A DNA stretch of 64,000 nt from an uncultured Verrucomicrobiae bacterium (GCA_963813025.1 CAWEXO010000002.1:32001-96000), one strand, 5' to 3'. Shown: positions 30,502 through 41,084, counted from the stretch's first letter. Translations and numbers: made by a program. The notes: a model not told the origin generated them from the sequence alone.

Positions 30502-31518
30502 GTGAAAATAAGTTCCCCTTGTTACGTCCTGCTGTCTCTCGCGGCTGCTGCCCTTCCGCTCACCGGCTTGGCTGCTCAAAAAAATCTAACCTTCGGTTAT
30601 ATCACTCCTGGTCCGGACACCTGGTATAAAAGAGATGTCGATGGTTTTGTCCGGGCGGCCAATATGCTCGGCATAAAGACCATCGTTCTGAACTCAGACT
30701 ATGATGCGCAAAAAGAGGTTTCGAACATTGAGTCGCTGGTGACCCAAGGCGTCGACGGAATGGCCATTTTTTCTTTTAACCAGCAGGGCGCCATCACGGC
30801 CGCTAAGAAATGCCAGGACGCGCACATTCCCCTGGTGACCGTCGATAATTGTGGTCAGGCTCTGAAAAGCGGCACTGATATCGTCGCCGCGATCGATTTT
30901 GATTGGAAAGCAATGGGTAATAATTATGCCGAATACATCGCCCAAAATTACCCCGGCAAGAAGGTCGCTTTAATTACCGGGCTGCTCGAACACCTGCCCG
31001 TACAGCTGATTACCGGCGCCATGAAGCAGCGGATGAAAGAACTTGGGAAGAATGAAATCGTCGCGGTTCGAGATGGCAAATATAACCCGTCTGTGGCGGT
31101 CAGTCAGGCCCAAGACCTGATCCAATCCGGCGTAAAGTTCGATATCCTCTGGATTATGAACGAGGATATGGCCGCCGCGGTCATTCGCTACCTGAAGAAC
31201 CAAGGCATGTTGGACCAGTATATTGTCATGGCTCAGAACGGATCGCCGGTGGGTATTCCGCTCGTCCAGGACGGTGAGCTCAACTACACCATCAGCAGTT
31301 CACCCGGTTGGGAGGGCATGGTGGCCTTACTGGCTCTTTACCAGCATGTGTCCGGTAATTCGAAAACTACCGGTCAACAAATCATGTTGCCGGTCATCCC
31401 CGTAACCAAAGGAACGATCCTCGACAAAAAACAGGTGGTTCCCTGGGAATATGACCCGGTCTGGATCGAATTAACCAAGCAATACTTCCCTAAACTGGGT
31501 GCTCACTTACCTGGGTAG
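30502..31518 (+). CDS. sugar ABC substrate-binding protein 3
   Basis: GGAGG RBS before GTG 30502, signal peptide, IESLVTQGVDG, IMNEDMA. Confidence 0.88.
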   Translation: MKISSPCYVLLSLAAAALPLTGLAAQKNLTFGYITPGPDTWYKRDVDGFVRAANMLGIKTIVLNSDYDAQKEVSNIESLVTQGVDGMAIFSFNQQGAITAAKKCQDAHIPLVTVDNCGQALKSGTDIVAAIDFDWKAMGNNYAEYIAQNYPGKKVALITGLLEHLPVQLITGAMKQRMKELGKNEIVAVRDGKYNPSVAVSQAQDLIQSGVKFDILWIMNEDMAAAVIRYLKNQGMLDQYIVMAQNGSPVGIPLVQDGELNYTISSSPGWEGMVALLALYQHVSGNSKTTGQQIMLPVIPVTKGTILDKKQVVPWEYDPVWIELTKQYFPKLGAHLPG

Positions 31519-31750
31519 TCTGACTGGAACAGAAAGACATTCGTTGAAAGAGGTCTACAGCAACAACCGTCATCTTCGAACTGCCGCGAATCATTTCGGA
31601 CTCAGGGCATTGGATATTTTGTCCTGAGTTCAATCTGTATCGAGCCACGCCTCTCTGGAAGCGCTATGATCGCGTTTGTTCGGACCAGGAACTGTTGAGT
31701 TCCCTGGCAAAAAGCGCCCAGCCATGCCGGCGCTTGAAGCTTTTTTTGAC

Positions 31751-32059
31751 TTAGTCTTCGGTCGGCGACTCGGCCGCAGCCGCCGGCTGAGCCGCAGAAC
31801 TCGTCGTGGCAATCAGACGGGCCGCCCGGCTCTTTCGCCGGCTGGCCAGATTTCCGTGTACTACCCCGCGCTTCGCTGCCTTGTCCAGGCGTGAGGCAAG
31901 CAGGTCGTATTCAGTGATCGCCTTTTCCTTATTCCCGGCAGCCACCGCAGCTCGCAACTTCTTCTGTTGGGAACGAATGCCCGTTCGCACGCTTTTATTG
32001 CGCATTGTGCGACTCGCGTTCTGTCGGACTCGTTTAGCTGCTGACTTCGTATTTGCCAT
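31751..32059 (-). CDS. rpsT: 30S ribosomal protein S20
   Basis: MANTKSAAKRVRQ...LDKAAKRGVVH.N.ASRRKSR. Confidence 0.96.
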   Translation of the reverse strand: MANTKSAAKRVRQNASRTMRNKSVRTGIRSQQKKLRAAVAAGNKEKAITEYDLLASRLDKAAKRGVVHGNLASRRKSRAARLIATTSSAAQPAAAAESPTED

Positions 32060-32115
32060 AATCCGGGAAAGAGAATTCGGAAAGTACCGCAAGACGGCAG
32101 AGTGTCAACCCGCGG

Positions 32116-32580
32116 CTATGAATCATGTCCGGACTGGGCGCTCTTAGCCGGGCGGTTCAGCAGCGCCTGGAAAACCCGTTTGGGCAAGCTCCGACCGTTC
32201 TCCTCGTTCTGGACTTCCTCCACTGCACTGCGCTTCGCCTCTTCCCAAACCGCGGGAAAGCCAGGCGAACTCGTGACCATCCACCGTTCGGCCCGAGCAA
32301 AGATCTCCAGTTCACGCTGGAGCCGGCGATCAGGCGCCTGATTCAAATTGGCGACTTTGACCCGGAGATTCTCGTTTTGCTGTCGAAGCTCTGACAGGTC
32401 CTGCCGGAGCCGGCCGGTGGCCTCTGATTCGAGTTCAAGCTTTTCCGACAGATGACGTTTCAAGCGCCCGATCTCGCGGCTTGCTTCCCAGAGACGCAGC
32501 AGAACAAAAACAATAATAATCAGACCCAGGATGCCGCCGAGTATCAGCCCCCAGGCAAATTGATGATGCGAAAAATCCAC
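32116..32580 (-). CDS. hypothetical single-TM coiled-coil protein
   Basis: N-terminal hydrophobic helix then heptad-rich segment; co-oriented with rpsT. Confidence 0.6.
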   Translation of the reverse strand: MDFSHHQFAWGLILGGILGLIIIVFVLLRLWEASREIGRLKRHLSEKLELESEATGRLRQDLSELRQQNENLRVKVANLNQAPDRRLQRELEIFARAERWMVTSSPGFPAVWEEAKRSAVEEVQNEENGRSLPKRVFQALLNRPAKSAQSGHDS

Positions 32581-32631
32581 AGAGAGACCTTACAACGAAG
32601 GCCGCTCCGGGGAAAGGCGGAACAGCGCGTC

Positions 32632-32793
32632 TTGGAATGCGTGCGACTTGTCGCCGCTTTGGAGATAGCGCGGAGCGCCCCTCGACCGAGCAGGGCACCA
32701 CGATGTTGCCGAGTTCTCAGGCGCAAAAGACCGGTTTGCTGACCCTAGCGCTCCGCGCAGTCCGAAAGCGACGACAAGTCGCACGCACTCCAA
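32632..32793. repeat. REP-like long palindrome
   Basis: TTGGAATGCGTGCGACTTGTCGCCGCTTT ... AAAGCGACGACAAGTCGCACGCACTCCAA; inner GCGCGGAGCGC/GCGCTCCGCGC. Confidence 0.8.
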
Positions 32794-32851
32794 AATGTTC
32801 CGTCTCGGGGACTTGCAAGCCAGGTCAAGTGTTCTACTATTTTCATCCTTC

Positions 32852-33128
32852 CTAGTGCACCGTCTCTCATATAATGATGCCATCGCCGCAGGTCAGTTGG
32901 CTGTTTTCAAGGCGCGAGCGAAACACCCATATCTGAATCATACGGGTCGAGCGAGCAACGCCGAAAAACAGCCAACTGGCCGCGGCCCAAAGGGTTGCGT
33001 TGAAAATGGGCCGCCGGCTGCGTTGCTCGTCGGTTACGTATCGATTTAGATATGCGCCCTCCTCGTGCCTTTGCCGGCGGCCCATTTTGAACGCAACGAT
33101 GACACCACTATGAGAGACGGTGCACTAG
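32852..33128. mobile_element. MITE-like element, copy 2
   Basis: Colinear with 2178-2457; TIR CTAGTGCACCGTCTCTCATA / TATGAGAGACGGTGCACTAG. Confidence 0.9.
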
Positions 33129-33136
33129 ATCTTCAC

Positions 33137-33208
33137 GCCAGGGTAGCTCAGTGGTAGAGCAGGGGACTCATAAGCCCTTGGTCGGGAGTTCAACTCTCCC
33201 CCCTGGCA
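33137..33208 (+). tRNA. tRNA with CAT anticodon (Ile2-lysidine or elongator Met), CCA not encoded
   Basis: Acceptor GCCAGGG/CCCTGGC, D arm TAGCTCAGTGGTAGAGC, loop CTCATAA, T arm GTTCAAC; paired 1:72 argues against initiator. Confidence 0.9.
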
Positions 33209-33356
33209 CTCTGTAACGCGCCGTCGGGACGCCGAACGAAAATGCTCGCACGGAACAGCTCAACGCAGAGTAGGATTTCGCGATGGGGTTCCCTCGGCAA
33301 CACCGGAACGGCACGAGATCGTTGCACTGATCAAAAAATGCTCACCAGTTCGAAAT

Positions 33357-34574
33357 TTGGAATTTGAATTGAAAACCAAACGTACGGTTGCGCTCCTGCA
33401 TTACACCTCATGGCCTTCGATTGGCGGCGTCGAAACTATTCTGCGGCAACAATCGGAGTTGCTGGCGGCTGACGGGTTCACCGTCCAGTTGCTGGTCGGA
33501 GCGGGCGCAGCTTTTTCCAACTTAATCGAGATGTGCGCTATGGCCGAGTTGAACGGACCCGATCCCGCGGTGGCGGCCGCTCAGCAGGAGGCGTTAAAAG
33601 GCCGGCCAGGACCAGCTTTCCGGGCGGTGAGGGAACTGCTTCGCCGCCGATTGGAACCGATTTTTTCAGAGTGCTCCTCGATCATCGTTCATAATTATTT
33701 CACGATGCCTTTTAACCTGGCGGCGACGCACGTCCTGAGTGACTTCGCGCGCGAGGGTTTTCCGATTGTCGCCTGGACTCATGATCTCGCGGCGCTCAAT
33801 GCGGACTATGTCGTTCCACGCAACCCAGTCTGTGACCTTCTCCGGCAGAAGCTGCCTGGAGTTGTGTATGTCGCGATTTCGGAGCTGCGCGCGCGCGAGT
33901 TTGAAATCCTGACCGGCAAAGCGCCTGATCTGGTTATCCCCAACGGAGTTGACCTTGCCCGGCTTGCCGGTCTACCTCCCGAGCTGGAAAAGCGCTTGGA
34001 TGCGATCTGGGGTGAAACTCTGATCCTGTTCTATCCGACCCGCATCGTACCGCGCAAAAACATCGAACTGGCAATTAAAATCGTGGCGGACTTGATCAAA
34101 CAGGGACAATCAACCCGGCTGATTATCTCGGGAGCCGCTAACATCATCAGTCCGCCGAACCAGCCTTATCTCCGCGAACTCAAGTCCTTGGCGGACGAGT
34201 GCGGTTTGGCGAGACAAGTCATCTGGGCCAACGAATACTGCGTGGTGGACGACCAATGTCTCCGAGCGCTTTACCTCGCGTCCGACGCCCTGCTCTTCAC
34301 CAGCAGACAGGAAGGTTTTGGCTTGCCGCTGACTGAGGCCCCTTTTCTTCGGCTTCCGGTCTTTTGTTCAGACATTGAACCGCTGCGAACAATCGCTGGC
34401 GGCAGCGCGACTGTGTTTGACCTGAACGCTTCGCCCGAAAATATTGCAAAAATGATTCGCGGTACGCTGGACAGAGACGAGCTTTTTACCAAACGAAGAA
34501 AGCTCCTTCGGCAGTACTCAGCGAGACAACTCTATTCGGACCGCCTCAAACCTCTGCTTTACAGTAAACGATGA
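33357..34574 (+). CDS. glycosyltransferase family 4
   Basis: IGGVE, WTHD, PTRIVPRKNIE, SRQEGFGLPLTEA; start uncertain. Confidence 0.88.
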   Translation: MEFELKTKRTVALLHYTSWPSIGGVETILRQQSELLAADGFTVQLLVGAGAAFSNLIEMCAMAELNGPDPAVAAAQQEALKGRPGPAFRAVRELLRRRLEPIFSECSSIIVHNYFTMPFNLAATHVLSDFAREGFPIVAWTHDLAALNADYVVPRNPVCDLLRQKLPGVVYVAISELRAREFEILTGKAPDLVIPNGVDLARLAGLPPELEKRLDAIWGETLILFYPTRIVPRKNIELAIKIVADLIKQGQSTRLIISGAANIISPPNQPYLRELKSLADECGLARQVIWANEYCVVDDQCLRALYLASDALLFTSRQEGFGLPLTEAPFLRLPVFCSDIEPLRTIAGGSATVFDLNASPENIAKMIRGTLDRDELFTKRRKLLRQYSARQLYSDRLKPLLYSKR

Positions 34575-36771
34575 CTATCTACCCCCACGACCTCCACCGG
34601 CTCTTGCAAGCTGAACACGACGATCCTTTTGGCATTCTTGGAATGCATCAGGTCGATCAACACCTCGTCGTCCGCGTGTTCCGACCGGATGCCAAGGCGG
34701 TAACGGTACTGGATCGGCACGGTCCGGAACGCCGGTTTTCCGCCGATCGCGTAGCCGAAGAAGGATTTTTCGAGGCGCAGATCGGTAGCACGCAACGGTT
34801 CGATTACCTGCTGGAAGTAGTTACGTGGTCGGGCGAGACAACCCGGATCAGCGACCCCTATTCTTACGGTCCGATCCTCGGCGAATTGGACATGCACCTG
34901 TATTGTGAAGGCAACCACTTTGAAATTTACGAAAAACTCGGAGCACATCTCTGTGAGATCAACGGCCATCGCGGGGTCTCATTCGCCGTCTGGGCGCCCA
35001 ATGCGCAGCGGGTGAGCGTGGTCAGCGATTTCAATGGCTGGGACGGCCGCGTGCATCCGATGCGCAAACGGCGTCGAATCAGGCATCTGGGAGATCTTCG
35101 TTCCCGGCGTGCAAGAAGGCGCGCACTACAAATTCGAAGTCAGAAACGCCCAAGGCCACGTCGTTCTTAAGAGCGACCCGTTCGCTTTCTTTGGCCAGCA
35201 CGGTCTGGAGACAGCTTCCATGGTCTATGATCTGGAACGGTTCACATGGACGGACTATACCTGGATCGAGGCGCGCAAGCACAAAACCTGGTACAAGGAG
35301 CCGATCAGCATCTATGAGGTACACCTTGGGTCCTGGGCGCGCGTCCCAGAGGAGAACAACCGTTATCTCAGCTACCTCGAATTAGCGGATCGATTGATTC
35401 CCTACGTCAAATCTCTCGGGCTACACTCACATCGAGCTGATGCCGGTGGCCGAGCATCCGTTTGACGGCTCCTGGGGATACCAAGTCACCGGCTATTACG
35501 CTCCGACCAGCCGGTTCGGAAATCCCGGATGAGTTCCGGCATTTCGTGGATCGTTGCCACCAGAATGCGATCGGCGTCATCATGGATTGGGTGCCCGGAC
35601 ATTTCCCGAAAGACGCGCACGGATTGGCGGAATTCGACGGAACCCATCTTTACGAACACGCCGATCCGCGGAAGGGCGAACACCGGGATTGGGGCACCCT
35701 GATCTTCAATTACGGCCGGAACGAAGTGCGTAATTTCCTGATCGCAAACGGGCTGTTCTGGATCGACAAGTACCACATCGACGGGCTGCGCGTCGATGCG
35801 GTGGCATCAATGCTGTACTTCGGATTACTCGCGCCGGCCCGGGGAGTGGATTCCCAATGTGCATGGCGGCCGCGAAAACCTTGAGGCGATCTATTTCATG
35901 AAGCGCTTCAACGAGGTTTGCTACGAGCGTTTTCCGGGAATTATGACCATCGCGGAGGAATCAACCGCCTGGCCGGGCGTATCCCGACCGACCTACCTCG
36001 GCGGCCTCGGGTTCGGTTTCAAGTGGAACATGGGGTGGATGCACGACTTTTTGCGATACATGTCGCTGGACCCGGTTTTCCGCCGATATCATCAAGGTGA
36101 CATCACGTTCTCGCTGCTGTATGCCTTTCAGGAGCATTTTATCCTGGTTCTTAGCCACGACGAAGTTGTTCATGGGAAAGGGTCGTTGATGGGAAAAATG
36201 CCGGGCGACGGCTGGCAGAAGTTCGCGAATCTCCGGATGTTCTTTGGCTGGATGTATGCTCACCCCGGCAAGAAGCTGCTGTTTATGGGCGGCGAGTTTG
36301 GCCAGGGAAAAGAGTGGAACCACGATCAGAGTCTTGACTGGCATTTGCTGCAGGATCCGTTGCACGACGGTCTGCGGCGGCTCGTCCAGCATCTCAATCA
36401 TATTTATCGAAACGAACCCGCGTTTTCCGAACTGGATGACGGCTATGAGGGCTTTGAGTGGATCGATTTCCACGACTGCAGACAACAGCGTGGTCGCCTT
36501 CATGCGCAAGGCTCAGTCTGGACCACCGGTTGTGTTAGTGGTTAACGCGACGCCTGTTCCGCGAGGGGCGTATCGTGTCGGGGTTCCGGGCGAGGGCTGG
36601 TACGAAGAGATCCTCAATACTGACGCCCAGACCTACGGAGGCAGCAACGTCGGCAACTATGGCGGCGTACATGCCGATAGCATAGGGTGGCAAGGACAGA
36701 GCCACTCGATCTGCATCACCTTGCCGCCATTGGCCACTGTGGCGCTGAAGGGGCACGCGTATGATCGGTAG
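34571..36771 (+). CDS. glgB: 1,4-alpha-glucan branching enzyme (about five single-base frameshifts)
   Basis: [50 protein letters not shown] in successive frames. Confidence 0.93.
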
Positions 36772-36790
36772 AAGGAAGGAAGATTAAAAA

Positions 36791-36874
36791 ACCACAGATT
36801 TCACGGATTAGCACGGATCAAAGTAAGCGCCGGAATGCCTGATGAGGTCGAATCGTTGTCTTCCAAAATCTGCG
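36791..36874. repeat. left partial copy of ACCACAGATTTCACGGATTAGC palindromic repeat
   Basis: Matches 39380-39600 apart from an insertion in that copy. Confidence 0.8.
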
Positions 36875-36993
36875 GTCAGAATCCGGACACCCACTGACAC
36901 TCGAATTGACCACTGATCGAAAGGAGGCCGCATAATGTCGTTCCACCGACTGGAGAAGCTATTCAACGATGTCGACTCTCTGGAAGGCGATAA

Positions 36994-37974
36994 ATGGCCG
37001 GGCTGGACCGCAAGCGGGTGGTCGTTCTCGACGGCGGCTACGAATCCTACGACAACGAGCAGCGGGTTCTCGCTCCGCTCGATGTCGATGTCATTGTCGA
37101 TCCGTGTCACGGGGATCCCGCCCGAGTCAAGGTAGCAACCGCCGAAGCAGACGCAGTTCTGGTACGCGAATCGCCGATTGACGCGGAGGCGATTGCCTGT
37201 ATGCGGCGCTGCCGGATAATCGCGCGCTACGGAATTGGGGTGGACAATGTCGATCTCGCCGCCGCGCAGGGGCGAGGCATTTTCGTATCCAATGTCCCCG
37301 ATTACGGCACGGAGGAAGTAAGCGACCACGCCCTCGCTCTACTGATCTCGGTGCTACGGCGGACCGTGACGCGAGACGCCGCGGTGCGCGCCGGTGCTTA
37401 GAACGTGTCTCCTGGCGAAAAGATGTACCGCATCGCCGGCCGTGCGCTGGGGCTCGTCGGTTACGGTCGTATCGCGCAGGCGTTGGAACGTAAAATGCGC
37501 GGATTAGGTGTTGCGCGGGTGCTCGTCTATGACCCGCTACTCGCACCCAGCGCTTTAGCTGGCGTCGAGAGTGTCGACCTCAACTCGCTTTGTCGGCGGA
37601 GTGATTTCATCTCATTGCACGCGCCGCTCACCCGAGACAGCTCGCACATCATTAATTCCACGCGCCTCGCGCTGATGAAGCCTACCGCGATTCTCGTCAA
37701 CACAGCACGCGGGGGGCTCATCGACGAGACGGCCTTAGTCGAGGCGCTGCGCAGCAGACGGATTTTCGGAGCGGGTATCGACGTGTTCGAACACGAGCCG
37801 CCAGGCCAAGATCACCCGTTGTTAGCGTTGGACAACGTGGTCCTGTCCGATCATACGGCGTGGTACTCGGAGGAATCAGCGGCCGAGTTGCAGACCAAGG
37901 CCGCCGAAGAAGTTGCGAGGGTTTTGCAGGGTGAACCGCCCAGGCACTGGGTTAACCGCTGGACCAGAGCCTAG
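36994..37974 (+). pseudogene. D-2-hydroxyacid dehydrogenase (CtBP-like) with in-frame TAG at 37399
   Basis: RYGIGVDNVD, NVPDYG, GYGRIA, LVNTARGG, DVFEHEP, SDHTAWYS; both ORFs share a frame. Confidence 0.85.
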
Positions 37975-38099
37975 CGCTCCAACCCGCTGCGGTTCGGTCG
38001 TTCGGTCATGCCCGCGAGAGTGTCAGATATCCAAGACTCATATTCAAACGCACCAAGGCTACACATTGAGTCGACTGTATCGAGCCCTGACACGATCAG

Positions 38100-39350
38100 T
38101 CAGGCTGCGGAAACAGTCTCCGCTTTCTTGTGCTCGATGTATCCGTAGACCTCGGGCAGGATGAAGTGTGCCGCAAGGAAACCAGCGAGCGAAAACAGAG
38201 AAACCAACGCCGTGGCCAGCGGAATACCAAGATGTTCGAACACCACCGGGAAGAGAAATATTGTGAGAAAGTTCGGCAGCTTGACGAATGTGTAGCCGAA
38301 TCCTGAGGCGGTTGCCTTGTACCGGGAGGGTGCGACCATCGAACAGAGGGTCATCCCGTTTGAGGCAGACCAGTAGTGGAACCACATGAGGGTCGCCGCG
38401 GCCACGGGTACCATGGGCTTCCAGCCCAGGTACAGGAACAATGCCGCGGCGAGCAGCGAAACGAAAGTACCTCCGAAGCCCCATTGGGAGATCCCGCGAT
38501 GGCCCAATCTGGGCGTGATGACCGGGCCGATGAACCCGCTGATCGTGGCGATGATATAGATGCCGGCGGTGAGGAAGTTGGTGCCGGCAATCCCGGTGAC
38601 ACCGGTGAGCAACAAGATGACCGGAAGGTAGAACCCGAACGCGGAGAACTCGACACCCTGCATCGCGTTGGAGATCCAGGCGAAGAGGCTGACCCTCTTG
38701 CGGATCGGATCCTTCCAGATGTCGGCCAGAAGTCGCGGGTGCGTGGCCGATTGATGCGGTAGTCCTCGTCGGGCAGCATGTCCAGCGAGTCGTTCGAACA
38801 TGTCCTTGGCGACCTTCTTGGCCTGCTTAAACTTGCCTGCCTGGATCAGCGAAAGGGCCGTGTCCGGGACATCGAGCCGCATGATCAGGAGAATCAGCGC
38901 GGGAATCGCACCCAAGGCAAGGCCGAGCGCCATAGCAGGCTGTGATCCATGCCGCTCAGGTACATGATCGTGACGGTTATGATGCACGCAACCTCGCCGA
39001 GGCCGAACATGCCCTGCCAGCGGTTGCCCATGACCTCGCGCTTGCCCTTGGGCATCGACTCCATGATGTAAGTGTAGCCAGTGGCGATGTCGCTCCCCAA
39101 TGGGATCCCAAGCAGAAAACGGATGATCACCAGGTCCCACATGTTCCTGGCGAATGCCTGCACGACCGCCAGCACCGCGAACGACGCCATGGTGGTGAGG
39201 AACACCTTGCGCCGTCCCAGGCGGTCGGCCGCCCAGCCGCCGATCATCGCACCGATTAGCGCCCCCAGCTGAACCGAAGCAGAGGTAAGGTCGAGCAATG
39301 CTGCATCGGGCTTGAACTCGTTTTTGACGAAAATCAGCAGGAAGGCCGGT
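38100..39350 (-). pseudogene. MFS sugar-porter-like transporter, 5'-truncated and frameshifted
   Basis: GGWAADRLGRRK motif, RFLLGIPLGSD; frame changes near 38925 and 38770; no recognisable first TM or start. Confidence 0.8.
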
Positions 39351-39379
39351 GAATGATGGCGGACGGTGGTTAACTCGCG

Positions 39380-39624
39380 ACCACAGATTTCACGGATTAG
39401 CAGAGATTAAAAGTGAGCCGAAATGGGTCTGTTGGACTTTGGGTAATCTGTAGCGCGCCATCCAGGGCCAAAGACGCGTTGGGACAAGTCTCTAACCTCG
39501 CTTTTGAACGATACCTCGATTGTGCGCGCTACAAATTACCCAATGTCCGACAGGCCCGGAATGCCTGATGAGCCGAATCGTTGTCTTCCAAAAATCTGCG
39601 CTAATCTGTGAAATCGGTGGTTTT
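39380..39624. repeat. right palindromic repeat copy with nested insertion
   Basis: ACCACAGATTTCACGGATTAGC ... GCTAATCTGTGAAATCGGTGGT. Confidence 0.8.
39426..39556. mobile_element. small MITE nested in the repeat
   Basis: About 33-bp imperfect TIR GGTCTGTTGGACTTTGGGTAATCTGTAGCGCGC / GCGCGCTACAAATTACCCAATGTCCGACAGGCC; flanks CGAAATG / CGGAATG; absent from left copy. Confidence 0.75.
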
Positions 39625-40970
39625 CATTCCTGCTGAATCTGCTTTGCCACCTCAGACTCAACCTTTCCATCCGCCAGTCGCGTGCGAATAAGTTGTCCCG
39701 GGCTCAACGCGGCGGCAGAGGTGATCACCTGATCTCTCTGATCGGTGGTGATGGAATAGCCGCGATCCAGGGTCTGCTGCGGCCCGAGCAATTGGACCAG
39801 CTGCTCGGCCCGTGCCGCTCTCGTCTTCAGCTGTGCCAGGGAGATGTTGGCCGCTTGCCGAAGGCGTGCAGCACAGACAAGAACTTCATGCCGCCGGTCC
39901 TGGACCAGCTTCGACGGCTTGTAGGCGGCCAGCACGGAACGCATTCGCGCCAGGTGCATCCGTACCTCTCCCAGCCTTGCCCCAAGTAGCGCGGCTAACC
40001 GCGTCTCACGTTGATCCACGCTTTGCTGTCGCTCTAAAAAAATCCGCTGCGGTTCGCGCAGAAATTCGTTGACCGTCAGCTGCCGCAAACGCAGCCGCTT
40101 CACCTCGAGGCCTTGTTGAACGCACCGAACCAGCCTCTCACGTCTGGCGGACAGGTGTTGCGCAAGCGCCCGATAGTCAGGGGCGATGAGTTCAGCGGCG
40201 GCACTGGGCGTCGGAGCGCGCAGGTCAGCAACGAAATCGGCGATGGCGAAATCAATCTCGTGACCTACCGCGGAGACAACGGGAATAGCCGAGCCCGCAA
40301 TCGCCCGGGCCAGAACTTCTTCGTTGAATTCCCACAGATCTTCGAGGCTGCCTCCGCCGCGCCCAACGATCATCACATCGATTTGCCGAGCGCGGGCTTG
40401 TTCGTTCACTCGTTGGATCATCAGAGCGATCTCCTGGGCTGCGCCGGCGCCCTGCACCCGCACTGGACAGATCAAGATGCGCAGCCAGGGACTCCGGCGC
40501 TGCAGGATATTCAACATGTCTTGCAGCGCCGCGCCGGAGGGCGAGGTAACGATGGCTATTTTTCGAGGGAATCGGGGCAGGGTTCGTTTCCGGGAGGCTT
40601 CAAAAAGGCCTTCGGCCTCCAGCTTCCGCTTCAACGCTTCAAATTTAGCCTGCAAGGCTCCTTGCCCGCGTTGTTGGACAAGTTGCACCGTCATTTGGTA
40701 TTGGCCGCGAGCCTCGTAGACTGTGATCGGTCCGAACACCTGGACGTGCATACCATCGGCCAACTGGACCTTGGACTGCGCCCCGTAGGATCGGGCAAAC
40801 ATCACACAGGACAATTGAGCGCGTTGATCTTTTAACGTGAAATATTGATGGCCAGAGGACTGCTTGCGGAAATTGGAGACTTCGCCTTCTACCCAGACCG
40901 ATCCAATCCTGGTTTCCAGTATTTCGCGCAAACGGCGAGTCAGTTCAGTGACAGTGAGGACAGAAGTCAC
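39624..40970 (-). CDS. xseA: exodeoxyribonuclease VII large subunit
   Basis: VWVEGEVSN, SGHQYFTLKD, GRGGGSLEDLW, SAVGHEID, RAPTPSAAAE. Confidence 0.96.
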   Translation of the reverse strand: MTSVLTVTELTRRLREILETRIGSVWVEGEVSNFRKQSSGHQYFTLKDQRAQLSCVMFARSYGAQSKVQLADGMHVQVFGPITVYEARGQYQMTVQLVQQRGQGALQAKFEALKRKLEAEGLFEASRKRTLPRFPRKIAIVTSPSGAALQDMLNILQRRSPWLRILICPVRVQGAGAAQEIALMIQRVNEQARARQIDVMIVGRGGGSLEDLWEFNEEVLARAIAGSAIPVVSAVGHEIDFAIADFVADLRAPTPSAAAELIAPDYRALAQHLSARRERLVRCVQQGLEVKRLRLRQLTVNEFLREPQRIFLERQQSVDQRETRLAALLGARLGEVRMHLARMRSVLAAYKPSKLVQDRRHEVLVCAARLRQAANISLAQLKTRAARAEQLVQLLGPQQTLDRGYSITTDQRDQVITSAAALSPGQLIRTRLADGKVESEVAKQIQQE

Positions 40971-40990
40971 GCACTCATCGTAGCATGAAA

Positions 40991-41084
40991 TGACCGATGA
41001 CCAACGACCGATAGCTTTGCAACCGGCGCGGGCGTGGGTCAGGCTATCGGTCATCGGCTATTGGTATTGACTATCGGTCACCGG
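40991..41084. repeat. inverted arrays of degenerate heptamers (GCTATCG/GTCATCG/GCTATTG)
   Basis: TGACCGA TGACCAA CGACCGA TAGC facing GCTATCG GTCATCG GCTATTG. Confidence 0.65.

Noticed and set aside
36935..36993. AAGGAGG plus ATG suggesting a leader peptide before the dehydrogenase
   Set aside because: Frame runs out of phase into the dehydrogenase; more likely a remnant of a deleted gene and cannot be assigned.
37399..37401. In-frame TAG as possible pyrrolysine or readthrough codon
   Set aside because: Best explained as TGG-to-TAG (Trp is typical here); no pyl genes in the window and the neighbouring gene is also decayed.
40991..41084. Short repeats as a CRISPR array
   Set aside because: 7-bp period with no unique spacers and no cas genes; no CRISPR array seen anywhere in the window.
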